DNA of 64,000 bases from a virus. Taxonomy: Duplodnaviria > Caudoviricetes. This document shows positions 17,864-27,544 of this stretch, piece by piece (the stretch's first letter is position 1; every line of letters starts with the position of its first letter). The stretch lies in the IMG/VR virus record IMGVR_UViG_3300028634_000502, positions 37,231 through 101,230 of that record; one strand, 5' to 3'. The notes under the pieces were generated by a model, which was given only the letters and a program-made list of their open reading frames with translations, searched no databases and was not told the origin of the DNA. Position numbers and translations under genes: made by a program.

Positions 17864-19444
17864 CTATATCTCTTTGTCTATTTGTATTCCAATTCCGGAC
17901 TTAAATTCAACTATGATGTGGTCGTCGTAAACCGTTATCTTTTCCAAGAGAGTCCTCACATAGTCTTCTTCATATTCAGTTAGCTCACAAGGCAGGTCGT
18001 TAAGGAAACGCATCAACTCATTAATTCGCTTTTTCATATCCTGTCGGGATGCCTGCTCGTTTTGAAGGGACTGCTTCTCATCGCGCAGCCTCCTAATCTC
18101 CAGACCAAGCTCATCACCGGTATTCTTAGAATTAACTGTTGCCATTAGCTCCTGCTGCATTGACTTCATCTGTTCATCAATCGCTGCAATCTGATTTGAG
18201 GTGACTTCCCCAAGGCTACTCTCGATATTCTCTCGTAAAAGTGGTAGGATTGCTTCCTTTTCACGGAACGCTTCGTTTATAGCTTTGATAACTACCTCCT
18301 GAAGCAATTTCTCGTGAACAGTTCTTGCCGGGCAATCAGGGCCGTCTTTTTCAACCCTGCTGACACAGCGCCAAACTGTGGACTTACACCCACGATTGTT
18401 CCATTTAATTCTGCGGAAGATGTCGCCACAGTATGCGCAGAAAACTATTCCAGATAAAGCGTAACGGCCACTATAGATTCGTTTGCGCTTTGTGGTGCCT
18501 TTGGTAAGATTTGCGCGTCTTGCGATTTCCTCCTGTACCTTTAGGAAGATATCCTTTGGAATAATTGCTTCATGGCTGTCCTCTACATAATACTTAGGAA
18601 CTTGACCCTTATTAGCTTCACGCTTCTTTTCAAGAATATCCACCGTATAGGTTTTCTGGAGCAAAGCGTCTCCGATGTACTTCTCGTTTGTGAGTATCTG
18701 CTTTATATTGCTTTCATGCCATTTTGCATTACCTGCACCGTTTAGAATTCCATCTGCTTCAAGCGACCTTTTTATCTGCAAGAAGCTCTTTCCACTAAGA
18801 TACTCCCTATAGATGCGCTTCACGACTTTAGCTTGCTCTGGATCAATGATGAGATGCCCCTCTTCATCTTTGGTATACCCCAAGAACCAGTTGTGGTTGA
18901 CCTGAACTTTTCCTTGCTGGTATCGGAACTGCAATCCAAGACGAACGTTGGCCGACAATGACTCACTTTCCTGCTGCGCAAGAGAAGCCATAATTGTCAT
19001 GAGCACTTCACCCTTAGCATCGAGCGTGTTGATATTTTCCTTTTCAAAGTAAACGCCGATATTCTTATTCTTCAGGGCTCTGGTGTAATTAAGGCAATCG
19101 ACCGTATTTCTTGCAAATCGGCTGATGGACTTGGTAATAACCATATCTATCTTGCCATCATTACAGTCGTTAATCATTCGCTGGAACTCATCACGCTTCT
19201 TAATATTCATTCCAGAGATACCGTCATCGGCATATATTCCTGCAAGCACCCAATCCGGATGACTATTGATAAATGAAGTATAATGCGCAATCTGTGTTTC
19301 GTAGCTGGTTTCCTGCTCATCACTATCAGTGGAAACTCGGCAATAAGCAGCTACTCGTGTTTTCTGGACTTTATCGGTTGTTTTCTGTGTACCGATTGTT
19401 TTCTTTGCTGGAATAACCGTAACATTGCTGGCTAAGGAAATCAT
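17864..19444 (-). CDS. Large serine recombinase
   Basis: [16 protein letters not shown], recombinase domain, Zn ribbon and coiled coil. Confidence 0.95.
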   Translation of the reverse strand: MISLASNVTVIPAKKTIGTQKTTDKVQKTRVAAYCRVSTDSDEQETSYETQIAHYTSFINSHPDWVLAGIYADDGISGMNIKKRDEFQRMINDCNDGKIDMVITKSISRFARNTVDCLNYTRALKNKNIGVYFEKENINTLDAKGEVLMTIMASLAQQESESLSANVRLGLQFRYQQGKVQVNHNWFLGYTKDEEGHLIIDPEQAKVVKRIYREYLSGKSFLQIKRSLEADGILNGAGNAKWHESNIKQILTNEKYIGDALLQKTYTVDILEKKREANKGQVPKYYVEDSHEAIIPKDIFLKVQEEIARRANLTKGTTKRKRIYSGRYALSGIVFCAYCGDIFRRIKWNNRGCKSTVWRCVSRVEKDGPDCPARTVHEKLLQEVVIKAINEAFREKEAILPLLRENIESSLGEVTSNQIAAIDEQMKSMQQELMATVNSKNTGDELGLEIRRLRDEKQSLQNEQASRQDMKKRINELMRFLNDLPCELTEYEEDYVRTLLEKITVYDDHIIVEFKSGIGIQIDKEI

Positions 19445-19860
19445 ACATCCACCTCACTTTCTATCAAGCTGTAGACGTATTCTGCCTGTTTAAAAGGATC
19501 ATCATATTTCATTTGCACACTTGGCATTCTAAAACCTTTAGCAACCTTGTTCTCTTTGGCTGGCTTATCATCAAATACTCTTCCAAGCTTAACCTGTCGT
19601 TTGACACGCTCGGCTTCTGCAGCTTCAAAGGTCTCATTATCAATAATCCCCGGATAATAGTCGTCTCCGAGGTAATGCTTATTTTGCATCATCTTCTTTG
19701 CACCTGTGTGGTAAAGCTTAAGTCCGGCGGCTTCTGCTGCTGGCACGTAGGCAAGGCCAGAGAGGTATGCTTTGTAGAGCTTCTTTACTTTCTCTGCTTT
19801 TTCTTCATCAATAACTGCTTTACCATTTTCAATTCTGTATCCGTATGGGACATGACTCAT
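19441..19860 (-). CDS. Small recombinase-domain-only accessory protein
   Basis: PYGY start and N..YLG motif, no catalytic domain; between two LSRs. Confidence 0.8.
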   Translation of the reverse strand: MSHVPYGYRIENGKAVIDEEKAEKVKKLYKAYLSGLAYVPAAEAAGLKLYHTGAKKMMQNKHYLGDDYYPGIIDNETFEAAEAERVKRQVKLGRVFDDKPAKENKVAKGFRMPSVQMKYDDPFKQAEYVYSLIESEVDV

Positions 19861-19864
19861 ATTC

Positions 19865-21424
19865 TCACAACCTTTCCTTAAGGGTTAAACCGCACTTTAG
19901 TGCGAAGCCTATTTCACTTCTGTTGTAAACAGTGATGCGGTCAACATGTGCCTCAAAGGCATCTGCATCAAATTCTGTAAGTTCTGTACTATTGTTTATA
20001 TACTTTAAGAGCCTGCTTACTGCTTCCGCATTCTCAAGCTCACCATTTACTGAGCGGTACAATACTTCCTTTTCATTTCTTAATTCCTCTGCTTCAGCTA
20101 AGAGCTCACTGTTCTGCTTGGCATAAAGTGCAGGCTCGATGTACTGCTTTGAAAGAAGGTTTGTAAGGACCTGCCTTCGGTCAAAGTTCTGTTCCAAAGC
20201 CGTCTCAAGCTCGTTAATTCGAGCAAGTGCATTAGCTTGGTCAATGCTTTTAAGGCTATTAAGGAAAGGCTGTAAAAGAACCTTTTTGCTAAAAATTAGC
20301 TTGTTCATCATATTTACAAAAGCAACCTCAAAATCCATCTCTCTGATAAAAAGCTGGCCGCACTTATTCTTCTCCTTCAGGTGAGTATTGCAGGTGTAAG
20401 CATAATATTTTACCTTACAGGCAGTATGTGTTCTTCTTTTCCAAGTAGCGCTACATTCGCCGCATATTATTTTTCCTGAGAATGGGTAACGGCTCAGGTA
20501 CTTCTCATCATCCGCTACAATATTCTTTTCTTTAGCACGCTGGACAATAAGTGTCTGCGTTGCTTCGAATTCTTCATTGCTAATTATTGCTTCATGATGA
20601 TCTTTAACATAGTACTGTGGCTTTTCACCCCGATTTGAATGTCTATCAAATTGTGAATCCGTGAATGTTTTCTGAAAGAGAGCATCGCCTGTATACTTCT
20701 CATTCTTCAGGATTTCTTTAACTGTCGTGGAGCTCCATTTGCCGCCTCGCTTTGTCGGTACCTTTTTTTCTCTAAGTGCTTTTGCTATTTTATAGCTGCC
20801 TTTTCCAGAAAGGCATTCTCTAAAAATAAACCTGACAATCTCTGCTTCTTCTTCATCAATAACCATCTTGCCATTTACGTTCTTATATCCGTATGGCGGA
20901 TATCCAATTTTGAAGGTGCCGTTTTGGAACCTTTTCTGAATGGCCCATGACTCATTCTCAGCAATGGAAACTGATTCACTCTCTGCAAGGCTACTAAAAA
21001 TCGTAAGCAGCAGCTCGCTCTCCATGTCACCGGTGTTGATGTTTTCCTTCTCAAAATAAATAAATACCTTAAGCTTTATAAGCTTTCTAACTGCCTCAAG
21101 GCACTCTGTTGTGTTTCTAGCAAAGCGGCTAATGGATTTAATAATGATGAAGTCAATCAATCCTTTCTCACAATCGGAAAGCATCTTCATAAGACCATCT
21201 CGCTTTGCCATGTTTGTACCGGAGAGTCCTTCATCGTAATAAAGGCCAACGTACTTCCAATTTGGATTGCTTTTGATATACGCTTCATAGTGTCGTTTTT
21301 GAGCTTCCAAACTGACGAGCTGTTCACGACTATCTGTTGAAACACGAGCATAGGCAGCAACACGCAGTTTTTTAGGTGCCTTCTGCAGCTTCTCATTTGC
21401 TTCAATCTTTGTTATCCGTTTCAT
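19865..21424 (-). CDS. Large serine recombinase
   Basis: [20 protein letters not shown] Zn ribbon; start MKRITKIE after AAGGAGG. Confidence 0.95.
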   Translation of the reverse strand: MKRITKIEANEKLQKAPKKLRVAAYARVSTDSREQLVSLEAQKRHYEAYIKSNPNWKYVGLYYDEGLSGTNMAKRDGLMKMLSDCEKGLIDFIIIKSISRFARNTTECLEAVRKLIKLKVFIYFEKENINTGDMESELLLTIFSSLAESESVSIAENESWAIQKRFQNGTFKIGYPPYGYKNVNGKMVIDEEEAEIVRFIFRECLSGKGSYKIAKALREKKVPTKRGGKWSSTTVKEILKNEKYTGDALFQKTFTDSQFDRHSNRGEKPQYYVKDHHEAIISNEEFEATQTLIVQRAKEKNIVADDEKYLSRYPFSGKIICGECSATWKRRTHTACKVKYYAYTCNTHLKEKNKCGQLFIREMDFEVAFVNMMNKLIFSKKVLLQPFLNSLKSIDQANALARINELETALEQNFDRRQVLTNLLSKQYIEPALYAKQNSELLAEAEELRNEKEVLYRSVNGELENAEAVSRLLKYINNSTELTEFDADAFEAHVDRITVYNRSEIGFALKCGLTLKERL

Positions 21425-21486
21425 TGTCTCAACCTCCTTTCTCGCAGTACTATACATCACTCTAAAAGCCTTATTTATCAAGTCTT

Positions 21487-21702
21487 TTAGGACATAATCT
21501 CTGCTAAAAATGGAGAGAACGTTTCACGGTTTTTGACCATTATCTTGTCAAATTCACTCTGGCTAATAAGCCCCTTTTCTAAGAGCTTCTTTGTAAGTTT
21601 TTCTGCAACCAAATAATCGTGCTCGTTCTTAAGGGAAGCCTCTGTAGGCTTTTCCGCTACATACTTTATGGAATCAACGGCTTCTAATTTTGTTAATTTC
21701 AT
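21487..21702 (-). CDS. SHOCT-like small protein of the recombinase module
   Basis: LLEKGLISQSEFDKI motif. Confidence 0.75.
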   Translation of the reverse strand: MKLTKLEAVDSIKYVAEKPTEASLKNEHDYLVAEKLTKKLLEKGLISQSEFDKIMVKNRETFSPFLAEIMS

Positions 21703-21788
21703 TTTCTCGACCTCTTTCCGAGGGAACATATCAATCAATACCCTCTAACAGTCCCAGGACAGAAATCAGCCGAATGAACGAAAAAAGC

Positions 21789-21833
21789 AAAAAAATAATG
21801 CCTACCGAAAGACGAATCTCTCGATAGGCATTA
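21789..21833 (-). terminator. Terminator after the endolysin
   Basis: TAATGCCTA...TAGGCATTA stem followed by a U-run on the minus strand. Confidence 0.75.
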
Positions 21834-21842
21834 AATTAATTG

Positions 21843-22547
21843 TTATTCGCTGTATTTAATAAAGGCATCGGTGAACCCAGCTGCTTTGACCTTGCTGAGC
21901 ATGGTCTCTGCATTTGTCTTAATAGAAAAGGCTCCAATCTGGACGCGGTAGTATTTCTTGGGTGCAGCCGTCTCGACCGGATCAGCAGAGGCAAGACCGG
22001 ATTTTACATCGGAGCGGAAGGTATCCATCGACTTGCCATGTTTAGGAAACCAATGCATTACATCACCATGATTGCTGGCGATGCCTTGCTTATATCCTTC
22101 GCTATGGCAAATAATATCTTTTTCAGTTAGACCAAACTCCTTACATAGATAGACACAAAGTTCAACGGCCTCCCGGTACACCTTGTTGAAATAGGTGCTG
22201 TCCGAAAGACCATCCTCGCAAATCTCAAAGCCAATATGTGTGTCGTTTGCTTTTCCTCCGGCGTGCCAGCCTCGGTGGTTCCATGGCAAAGTCTGATATG
22301 TGGCGATTGTTCCATCTGCCAGCTTACCGATGAAGGCATGAATGCATACCTGACGACCGCCGGGCTTTTCTTGATTCCAATGATTGTTGTATTGGTTCTT
22401 TCCGAGCAAGCCATCATCCGGGCCAACATAGCGCTTCAACCATGGGTTATCTGCCCCGGTAGAGTGTACCATGATTCCTTTTGGTTTAATGGTACGGGCT
22501 GCCTTGTAGCAGGCGTTGTTGGTTAATATAAGCTTATGCAGTTTCAT
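21843..22547 (-). CDS. Endolysin: N-acetylmuramoyl-L-alanine amidase with SPOR domain
   Basis: VHSTG, WHAGG, FEICE, ICHSE; C-terminal YRVQIGAFS. Confidence 0.92.
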   Translation of the reverse strand: MKLHKLILTNNACYKAARTIKPKGIMVHSTGADNPWLKRYVGPDDGLLGKNQYNNHWNQEKPGGRQVCIHAFIGKLADGTIATYQTLPWNHRGWHAGGKANDTHIGFEICEDGLSDSTYFNKVYREAVELCVYLCKEFGLTEKDIICHSEGYKQGIASNHGDVMHWFPKHGKSMDTFRSDVKSGLASADPVETAAPKKYYRVQIGAFSIKTNAETMLSKVKAAGFTDAFIKYSE

Positions 22548-22949
22548 TTATTTATCCTCCTTGTTTAGCTGCCCTAAGACCGCTTTTAACTTTTCTGGAA
22601 TAGGGAGCCCAATCCTGGCAGCATTCTCAATAATGCTGATCCCTTCATTAGACAAATAAAAGAAAATGACGGCGGTTCGCACGACACTGCCCGTTTGAAT
22701 AAGGTGGGAATCGATGATATGGGCAATGGCTACAAGTGAGAAAATCAGCACTTTTTTGAAAATTCCCCGGAAGCCCACTTCACTTGAGAGCTTTCTCTCA
22801 AGAACAGCCACCATTATGCCTGTGAGATAGTCAATCACGACAAAAGCGATCAGCGCATAGAGAAATCCGTCAAGTCCTCCCAAGAAATATCCAACAGCTC
22901 CGCCAATCGCGGCGACAATGATTTGTACTGTATTAATAATGTCCTTCAT
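22548..22949 (-). CDS. Phage holin (holin_4/TcdE-like)
   Basis: DYLTG, LSS.VGFRG..KK, NEG.SI.EN...G.PIP. Confidence 0.9.
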   Translation of the reverse strand: MKDIINTVQIIVAAIGGAVGYFLGGLDGFLYALIAFVVIDYLTGIMVAVLERKLSSEVGFRGIFKKVLIFSLVAIAHIIDSHLIQTGSVVRTAVIFFYLSNEGISIIENAARIGLPIPEKLKAVLGQLNKEDK

Positions 22950-23011
22950 GTATCCATCCTCCTTTGTTTCAAATAAAAATAGAGCCCTTGGGCTCATAAA
23001 AATTCTTTGAT

Positions 23012-23275
23012 TTACTTTGAGATTAGTTCTTTCTTTAGCCTTTCTATTTCAAATTCCAAGGCTTCAATTTTCTCCTCCGTTGCCAGCATGGTAGTAGGCT
23101 CCGGCTCCTTGATCCTTTCATCTACTTCAGACCATTTGTTCATCGTTTCTCCTGTTGGGATGAATACTTGTTTCGTTCTTGCGATCTCTGCGCCTCCCGC
23201 TATCAAAACAAGCTCCTTACCGGTATCTGCTTCTAATTCATAGCCATAGTCTAATTCACGTTTGACCATCGTCAC
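23012..23275 (-). CDS. Hypothetical phage protein
   Basis: ORF with RBS between tail and lysis genes. Confidence 0.65.
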   Translation of the reverse strand: MTMVKRELDYGYELEADTGKELVLIAGGAEIARTKQVFIPTGETMNKWSEVDERIKEPEPTTMLATEEKIEALEFEIERLKKELISK

Positions 23276-23281
23276 TCCTCC

Positions 23282-24526
23282 TTAACAGTATACTTCGACT
23301 TCATAGGTGACAGTCATGCCATACCCAGGAGGCCGGTCCGGCGCGTCATTGGGCAGCTTGTATGCTGCAATGGCAATGGCAGCGCAGGGGAAATTATTTG
23401 TTCCGTTATAAACATCCATCGGGTATTCCACAAGAGCTCCAAACTCACTTCCTATAAGGGGCGAACCTCCATACCCGTTATACCATTTATAGTTGCCCCA
23501 GTATCCCAATCTTCCTGCCAGTTCATCCGTTGACATATCAAATATAATACCGCTTTGCCCGTAGCGTGTATCAGAAGCGGCATGAGCCAGATACTTGCCG
23601 GAGCAGCCTACCGAGGAAAAATTGGTGTAACCTCCGATATCCAAGATATCCGAAGTATTTACTGTAAAAACCACAGGCACCGTATTACTGGCAAAGTTGC
23701 TTTTTATAATCGTGTTATAAGAAACGATGGCATAGGCGCAATTGCCATATACATAGAAATTCTCACTTCTGTTGTCATTGGAGGTGGGATAGATATTAAG
23801 CAGATTTCCAAAGGTCCCATCTGAGAATTCATACATGCTTCGATTTGCAGGAGTTGTTCCATCAAATTTTCGAACGTACAATCGCCCATTAATCTGATTG
23901 CAACCAATCTTAACATTCACCGTCCCTACAATGGAGCTTATATCAATCGTTGTCGCGATCCTGCTTTTTAGATGGCGTTTCGTCACAACGCCTGAAGCAA
24001 TGGAATAGAAATTGGTTCCATCGGATGCCCCCGCCGTGGAGGGTGTTCCGTAATTATTCCAGTTCGTATTGGATTTTCTGACAAAAAAAGTCCGCCTTGG
24101 GTTATCATACTGTTCCGTTAATCCGATGGACTTGACCGGGGAAGGAACCTGCAGGGGAGTAAAGTCAAAGGCAAGCTTTGAGGATACTCCTGATGCACTT
24201 ACGGACTGCAAAAAACTATAGGTAGTGTTCCAGGCACCTTTAAATGTTCCAGAACCCAAAGCACCAATTGCGCCGTATCCAACGGGGTTCCCCAAAAGAT
24301 ACGGAAAGCCGGCATCAATCTCTCTGGTGCTGTCCGTCATGACTAGTCTGACCGATCCGAGCATTTCCCACCAAGCTGGATGCTGAAACCAGGCATCGGC
24401 AAACACATGGTTTTTCCCTTTGATCTGTTCTTTCACCTTGTGGTTAATGGGATCGGTATAGTTGATGCATACTCTACCTTCTGCTCCATAAGGTCTCAGG
24501 TTTTTTATATGGATAATTTCCTTCAT
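23282..24526 (-). CDS. Putative tail/receptor-binding protein
   Basis: Beta-rich (G/S/T/Y/N) 414 aa at the distal tail position. Confidence 0.55.
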   Translation of the reverse strand: MKEIIHIKNLRPYGAEGRVCINYTDPINHKVKEQIKGKNHVFADAWFQHPAWWEMLGSVRLVMTDSTREIDAGFPYLLGNPVGYGAIGALGSGTFKGAWNTTYSFLQSVSASGVSSKLAFDFTPLQVPSPVKSIGLTEQYDNPRRTFFVRKSNTNWNNYGTPSTAGASDGTNFYSIASGVVTKRHLKSRIATTIDISSIVGTVNVKIGCNQINGRLYVRKFDGTTPANRSMYEFSDGTFGNLLNIYPTSNDNRSENFYVYGNCAYAIVSYNTIIKSNFASNTVPVVFTVNTSDILDIGGYTNFSSVGCSGKYLAHAASDTRYGQSGIIFDMSTDELAGRLGYWGNYKWYNGYGGSPLIGSEFGALVEYPMDVYNGTNNFPCAAIAIAAYKLPNDAPDRPPGYGMTVTYEVEVYC

Positions 24527-24537
24527 GAATTGTCCTC

Positions 24538-25104
24538 CTAAACACCCCAGTAGGATATGTCTGGTGTTTCACTCGTAGTTAAGCTATCGTCGACAATGAT
24601 TGCAGCCCCCTCCCTGACCGAAGTATCAAGATAATCTTGATAGTAAACGATGGGAGCTTCTAAAGTCCCTCGCCGGCTTGGGATAAGTAGGGCTGCGGTT
24701 TCATATGCATAGGCTTTCCTAATGATTGAGGCTAAGCCTGCCACATAAAACATGACTGAAAAGGCTGGGACAAAACTCTTATTGGCAAAGACCAACAAGG
24801 ATGACTTTTTATTGATTACCGTTACTCCTTTTGTCTTGTCCGAAATATTGCAGAAAACTTTATATACACTGTCGGACACCTTCTCAAAGTTTAAAAGTTC
24901 TATTCCCTCACTGTCATAAATGATTAGACTCTCCTTTAGCATTCCAACAGAAAAGGTTTCAATTGGTAGCTTAAAGTCGATGTAGAAATAGCTATAAATG
25001 CCAATATCATTCCAGATGTTTGGCCTATAGAACTGGCCGCTTCTAGTCAATCCTTTCGTTGCCATGCCGCATATAAATCCGTTATCAAAATCAATGCTAC
25101 TCAT
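24538..25104 (-). CDS. Hypothetical tail-associated protein
   Basis: Position; start MSSIDFDNG. Confidence 0.6.
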   Translation of the reverse strand: MSSIDFDNGFICGMATKGLTRSGQFYRPNIWNDIGIYSYFYIDFKLPIETFSVGMLKESLIIYDSEGIELLNFEKVSDSVYKVFCNISDKTKGVTVINKKSSLLVFANKSFVPAFSVMFYVAGLASIIRKAYAYETAALLIPSRRGTLEAPIVYYQDYLDTSVREGAAIIVDDSLTTSETPDISYWGV

Positions 25105-25117
25105 TTCTTCACTTCCT

Positions 25118-26836
25118 TTAATGCCAGGTAACTGGGATGCTGACATTGTCATCTGTTGTCAGTGATGTTATTTTGCCGCTTCCATCCTTGGTCCAGGTCC
25201 ATGCATAGGTTATTCCTGAATATTTTGCGGAGAAGCCGGTGGAATAAAAATCAAGCTGTTCAAGGTCATATGGTGTTATAAATACACCATCATCGCTGAG
25301 TTTGATCTGTCTTAATGTTCCATCCTGAGAATCGTAATAATTGATCTCATAACCGAAAGCCGACTTATAGATATAAGTTTTGCCCCAGTCCGGGTGCTCC
25401 TCCGGGTAGGAGCCAAGCCCTACTATTTCTGCCGGTGTATACAGACCGTCTCGCATTTCAAAGCCAATCTGACGTTTGATGAATTCTGTGTACTTATAGA
25501 TTGTGATGGGATAATTCGTAGCTTCAGTGGTTGGGTTTTTAAATGTATCGTCCTCCCAATAAAGCTGCCCGCCGTCCCTGTTATACACATACTCTGTTTC
25601 TATACCATCCGTAGTTGCGGTGATGAATTGCAGCCATTGGTCATAGATCCTGATGTAATTTACATCCGTTGTGTCCTCGGCTAGGTACTTGGCAATTTTA
25701 TCGTGGGTTTGCAGTTCATCAACAGTCAGTTCTGCAATATTGGCTTTCTCCGCATAAAGGTTCGGCGTAATAAGGGATTGCAAGGCGGTAATTGTATCAG
25801 CTGATAAATCACCATCAAAGATATACTTCGCTGCAATCGGATCGAAGTAAAGCTTATTGATCCAGTTGTCCCCACTGCCATCACCTGACTGAAGAGCAAA
25901 GGTATCCGAGTTGAATATACCCCTAGCCATGTTGTCATTTCGGATGCTTTCAAAGCCAAGTTCAGGACTGATCCTTATCCCATGATAAAGCTTATCCTTG
26001 ACCACAGTGTCCCGCTGTATCTTCGTTACCGTATCCGTGAAAAGCTCGATATGGTTTGCTATCTCAAGCGAGGTGTTGATCGACCGGATCGGATTGTAGA
26101 TTCGTTTAATCACCTTATTGGCCACATCAAGTCCCATTACCTCATCAACTATCCGGATAGTATCGCCTTCTTCAATAGTTTCAAGGTTTTCAAACCCAGC
26201 AAAGCCCAGATGGCTTTTTAGCTCAATAATATCCACGGAATAACAGGTCAAGTTATTTCGCCTGTCAAATATCTTTTTAACCCCTGTAATGTTCTTTCCA
26301 AACCGAGCTACAAATCCTCGGTCCTGGCCGATGGTGTTTTTTAGGTTGATCTTAAAGCCGTCAAAGTCGATTTCAGCAGGAATAGTATTAGCAAGAAGCT
26401 GCACCAGTCCCAGTTTATTTGTCTCCTCGTGTACAGCAAAGGTGATCACATCTGTCTTATCTACGACTCCCGGCAAAAGCTCAGTGCCAGATAGGATATC
26501 CGATAAAATCTGCGCCGGTGTCCCATCAAAGGTATAGTAGGGCACATCATGGCTGATCAGCCGGTAGCTTACATGTTCGCATTCCATTTGGTAAGTTAGG
26601 ATATCGGAATGCTGCTTCTCAATATATACGATATCAAAGAGGTATCCATCGGCCATCACATAGACTTCATCCTGAAAATATTCACTTTTCAGGTCGGCTT
26701 CCAGCGCCTCAAACTTTAAGGTAAACTCCCCATTGATCTGCCGGGATATGCTGATGCTATCATTTATGATAATGTCATCCAGAAGTGCCAGCCTTTTGTT
26801 AGTGCTTTTCCCATACAGTTCTATCAAAGCCGTCAC
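25118..26836 (-). CDS. Phage tail hub/spike (Tal-like) protein
   Basis: Follows Dit; INGEFTLKF, CEHVSY, FGKNITG motifs. Confidence 0.8.
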   Translation of the reverse strand: MTALIELYGKSTNKRLALLDDIIINDSISISRQINGEFTLKFEALEADLKSEYFQDEVYVMADGYLFDIVYIEKQHSDILTYQMECEHVSYRLISHDVPYYTFDGTPAQILSDILSGTELLPGVVDKTDVITFAVHEETNKLGLVQLLANTIPAEIDFDGFKINLKNTIGQDRGFVARFGKNITGVKKIFDRRNNLTCYSVDIIELKSHLGFAGFENLETIEEGDTIRIVDEVMGLDVANKVIKRIYNPIRSINTSLEIANHIELFTDTVTKIQRDTVVKDKLYHGIRISPELGFESIRNDNMARGIFNSDTFALQSGDGSGDNWINKLYFDPIAAKYIFDGDLSADTITALQSLITPNLYAEKANIAELTVDELQTHDKIAKYLAEDTTDVNYIRIYDQWLQFITATTDGIETEYVYNRDGGQLYWEDDTFKNPTTEATNYPITIYKYTEFIKRQIGFEMRDGLYTPAEIVGLGSYPEEHPDWGKTYIYKSAFGYEINYYDSQDGTLRQIKLSDDGVFITPYDLEQLDFYSTGFSAKYSGITYAWTWTKDGSGKITSLTTDDNVSIPVTWH

Positions 26837-26839
26837 CCC

Positions 26840-27544
26840 CTAAAGATACGTGTCATTAAATTGGACGGATATATTGGAAACAGTACCGGTTACAGAGATA
26901 TTGTTGAGCCCAGGAGCCAGTTTGATAAAGCCTCCAGAGTGAATGTGCATTCGATTCTCTACGAGGTCGGTATAAACAAGCATTCGCTTACTATCAAGAT
27001 TAACTTTTTCAGTCATGCCAGCCAGTATAAAGGACTGGTCTCCGCAGGAAACCGCAACATTTCCAGTTCCGATAACCGATATGACGGTTTCCGCATTCGC
27101 AGTTCCGTTATGGGTAATAGAAAGCGAAGTGGGATTATCCGTTGAAATCGTCTGCAGACTTCCATATTGAAAGGGCTCAACCTCGAAAACAAGGTTAAAC
27201 TCATCAACCACCTGCGAAATGGAAAGGGAAATATCGCTGACCACCCGGTCCACTTTGTAAACCTTATTCTTTTCATGATCAAGGACTAGGTCACCTGTGC
27301 CGGAAAGCCAGGCTGCAACTTCTCTGGCTTTAATCCTTCTTTGCGGTATATTTCCCTTTGATAAGGCACATTTGAACTCCAATACCTTGTTCTCAAATCC
27401 ATTCTCAAACACATAGCTGCCATCCCGGCCGGGTATACTTACTCGGTGCATCTTTGTTGCCGCCAGAAGTGGATTGTTCACTGTTCTCACTACCAATCCA
27501 GTGAATTCACTTGAATGGGTGCCTCGAAATCGAAAACCTAACAT
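26840..27544 (-). CDS. Distal tail protein (Dit)
   Basis: IPGRDG, EPFQYG and L.PG.N.I motifs; follows the tape measure. Confidence 0.82.
   Translation of the reverse strand: MLGFRFRGTHSSEFTGLVVRTVNNPLLAATKMHRVSIPGRDGSYVFENGFENKVLEFKCALSKGNIPQRRIKAREVAAWLSGTGDLVLDHEKNKVYKVDRVVSDISLSISQVVDEFNLVFEVEPFQYGSLQTISTDNPTSLSITHNGTANAETVISVIGTGNVAVSCGDQSFILAGMTEKVNLDSKRMLVYTDLVENRMHIHSGGFIKLAPGLNNISVTGTVSNISVQFNDTYL

Noticed and set aside
23282-26836. Diversity-generating retroelement or invertible tail-fibre system
   Set aside because: No reverse transcriptase, TR/VR repeat pair or adjacent invertase with inverted sites was seen.
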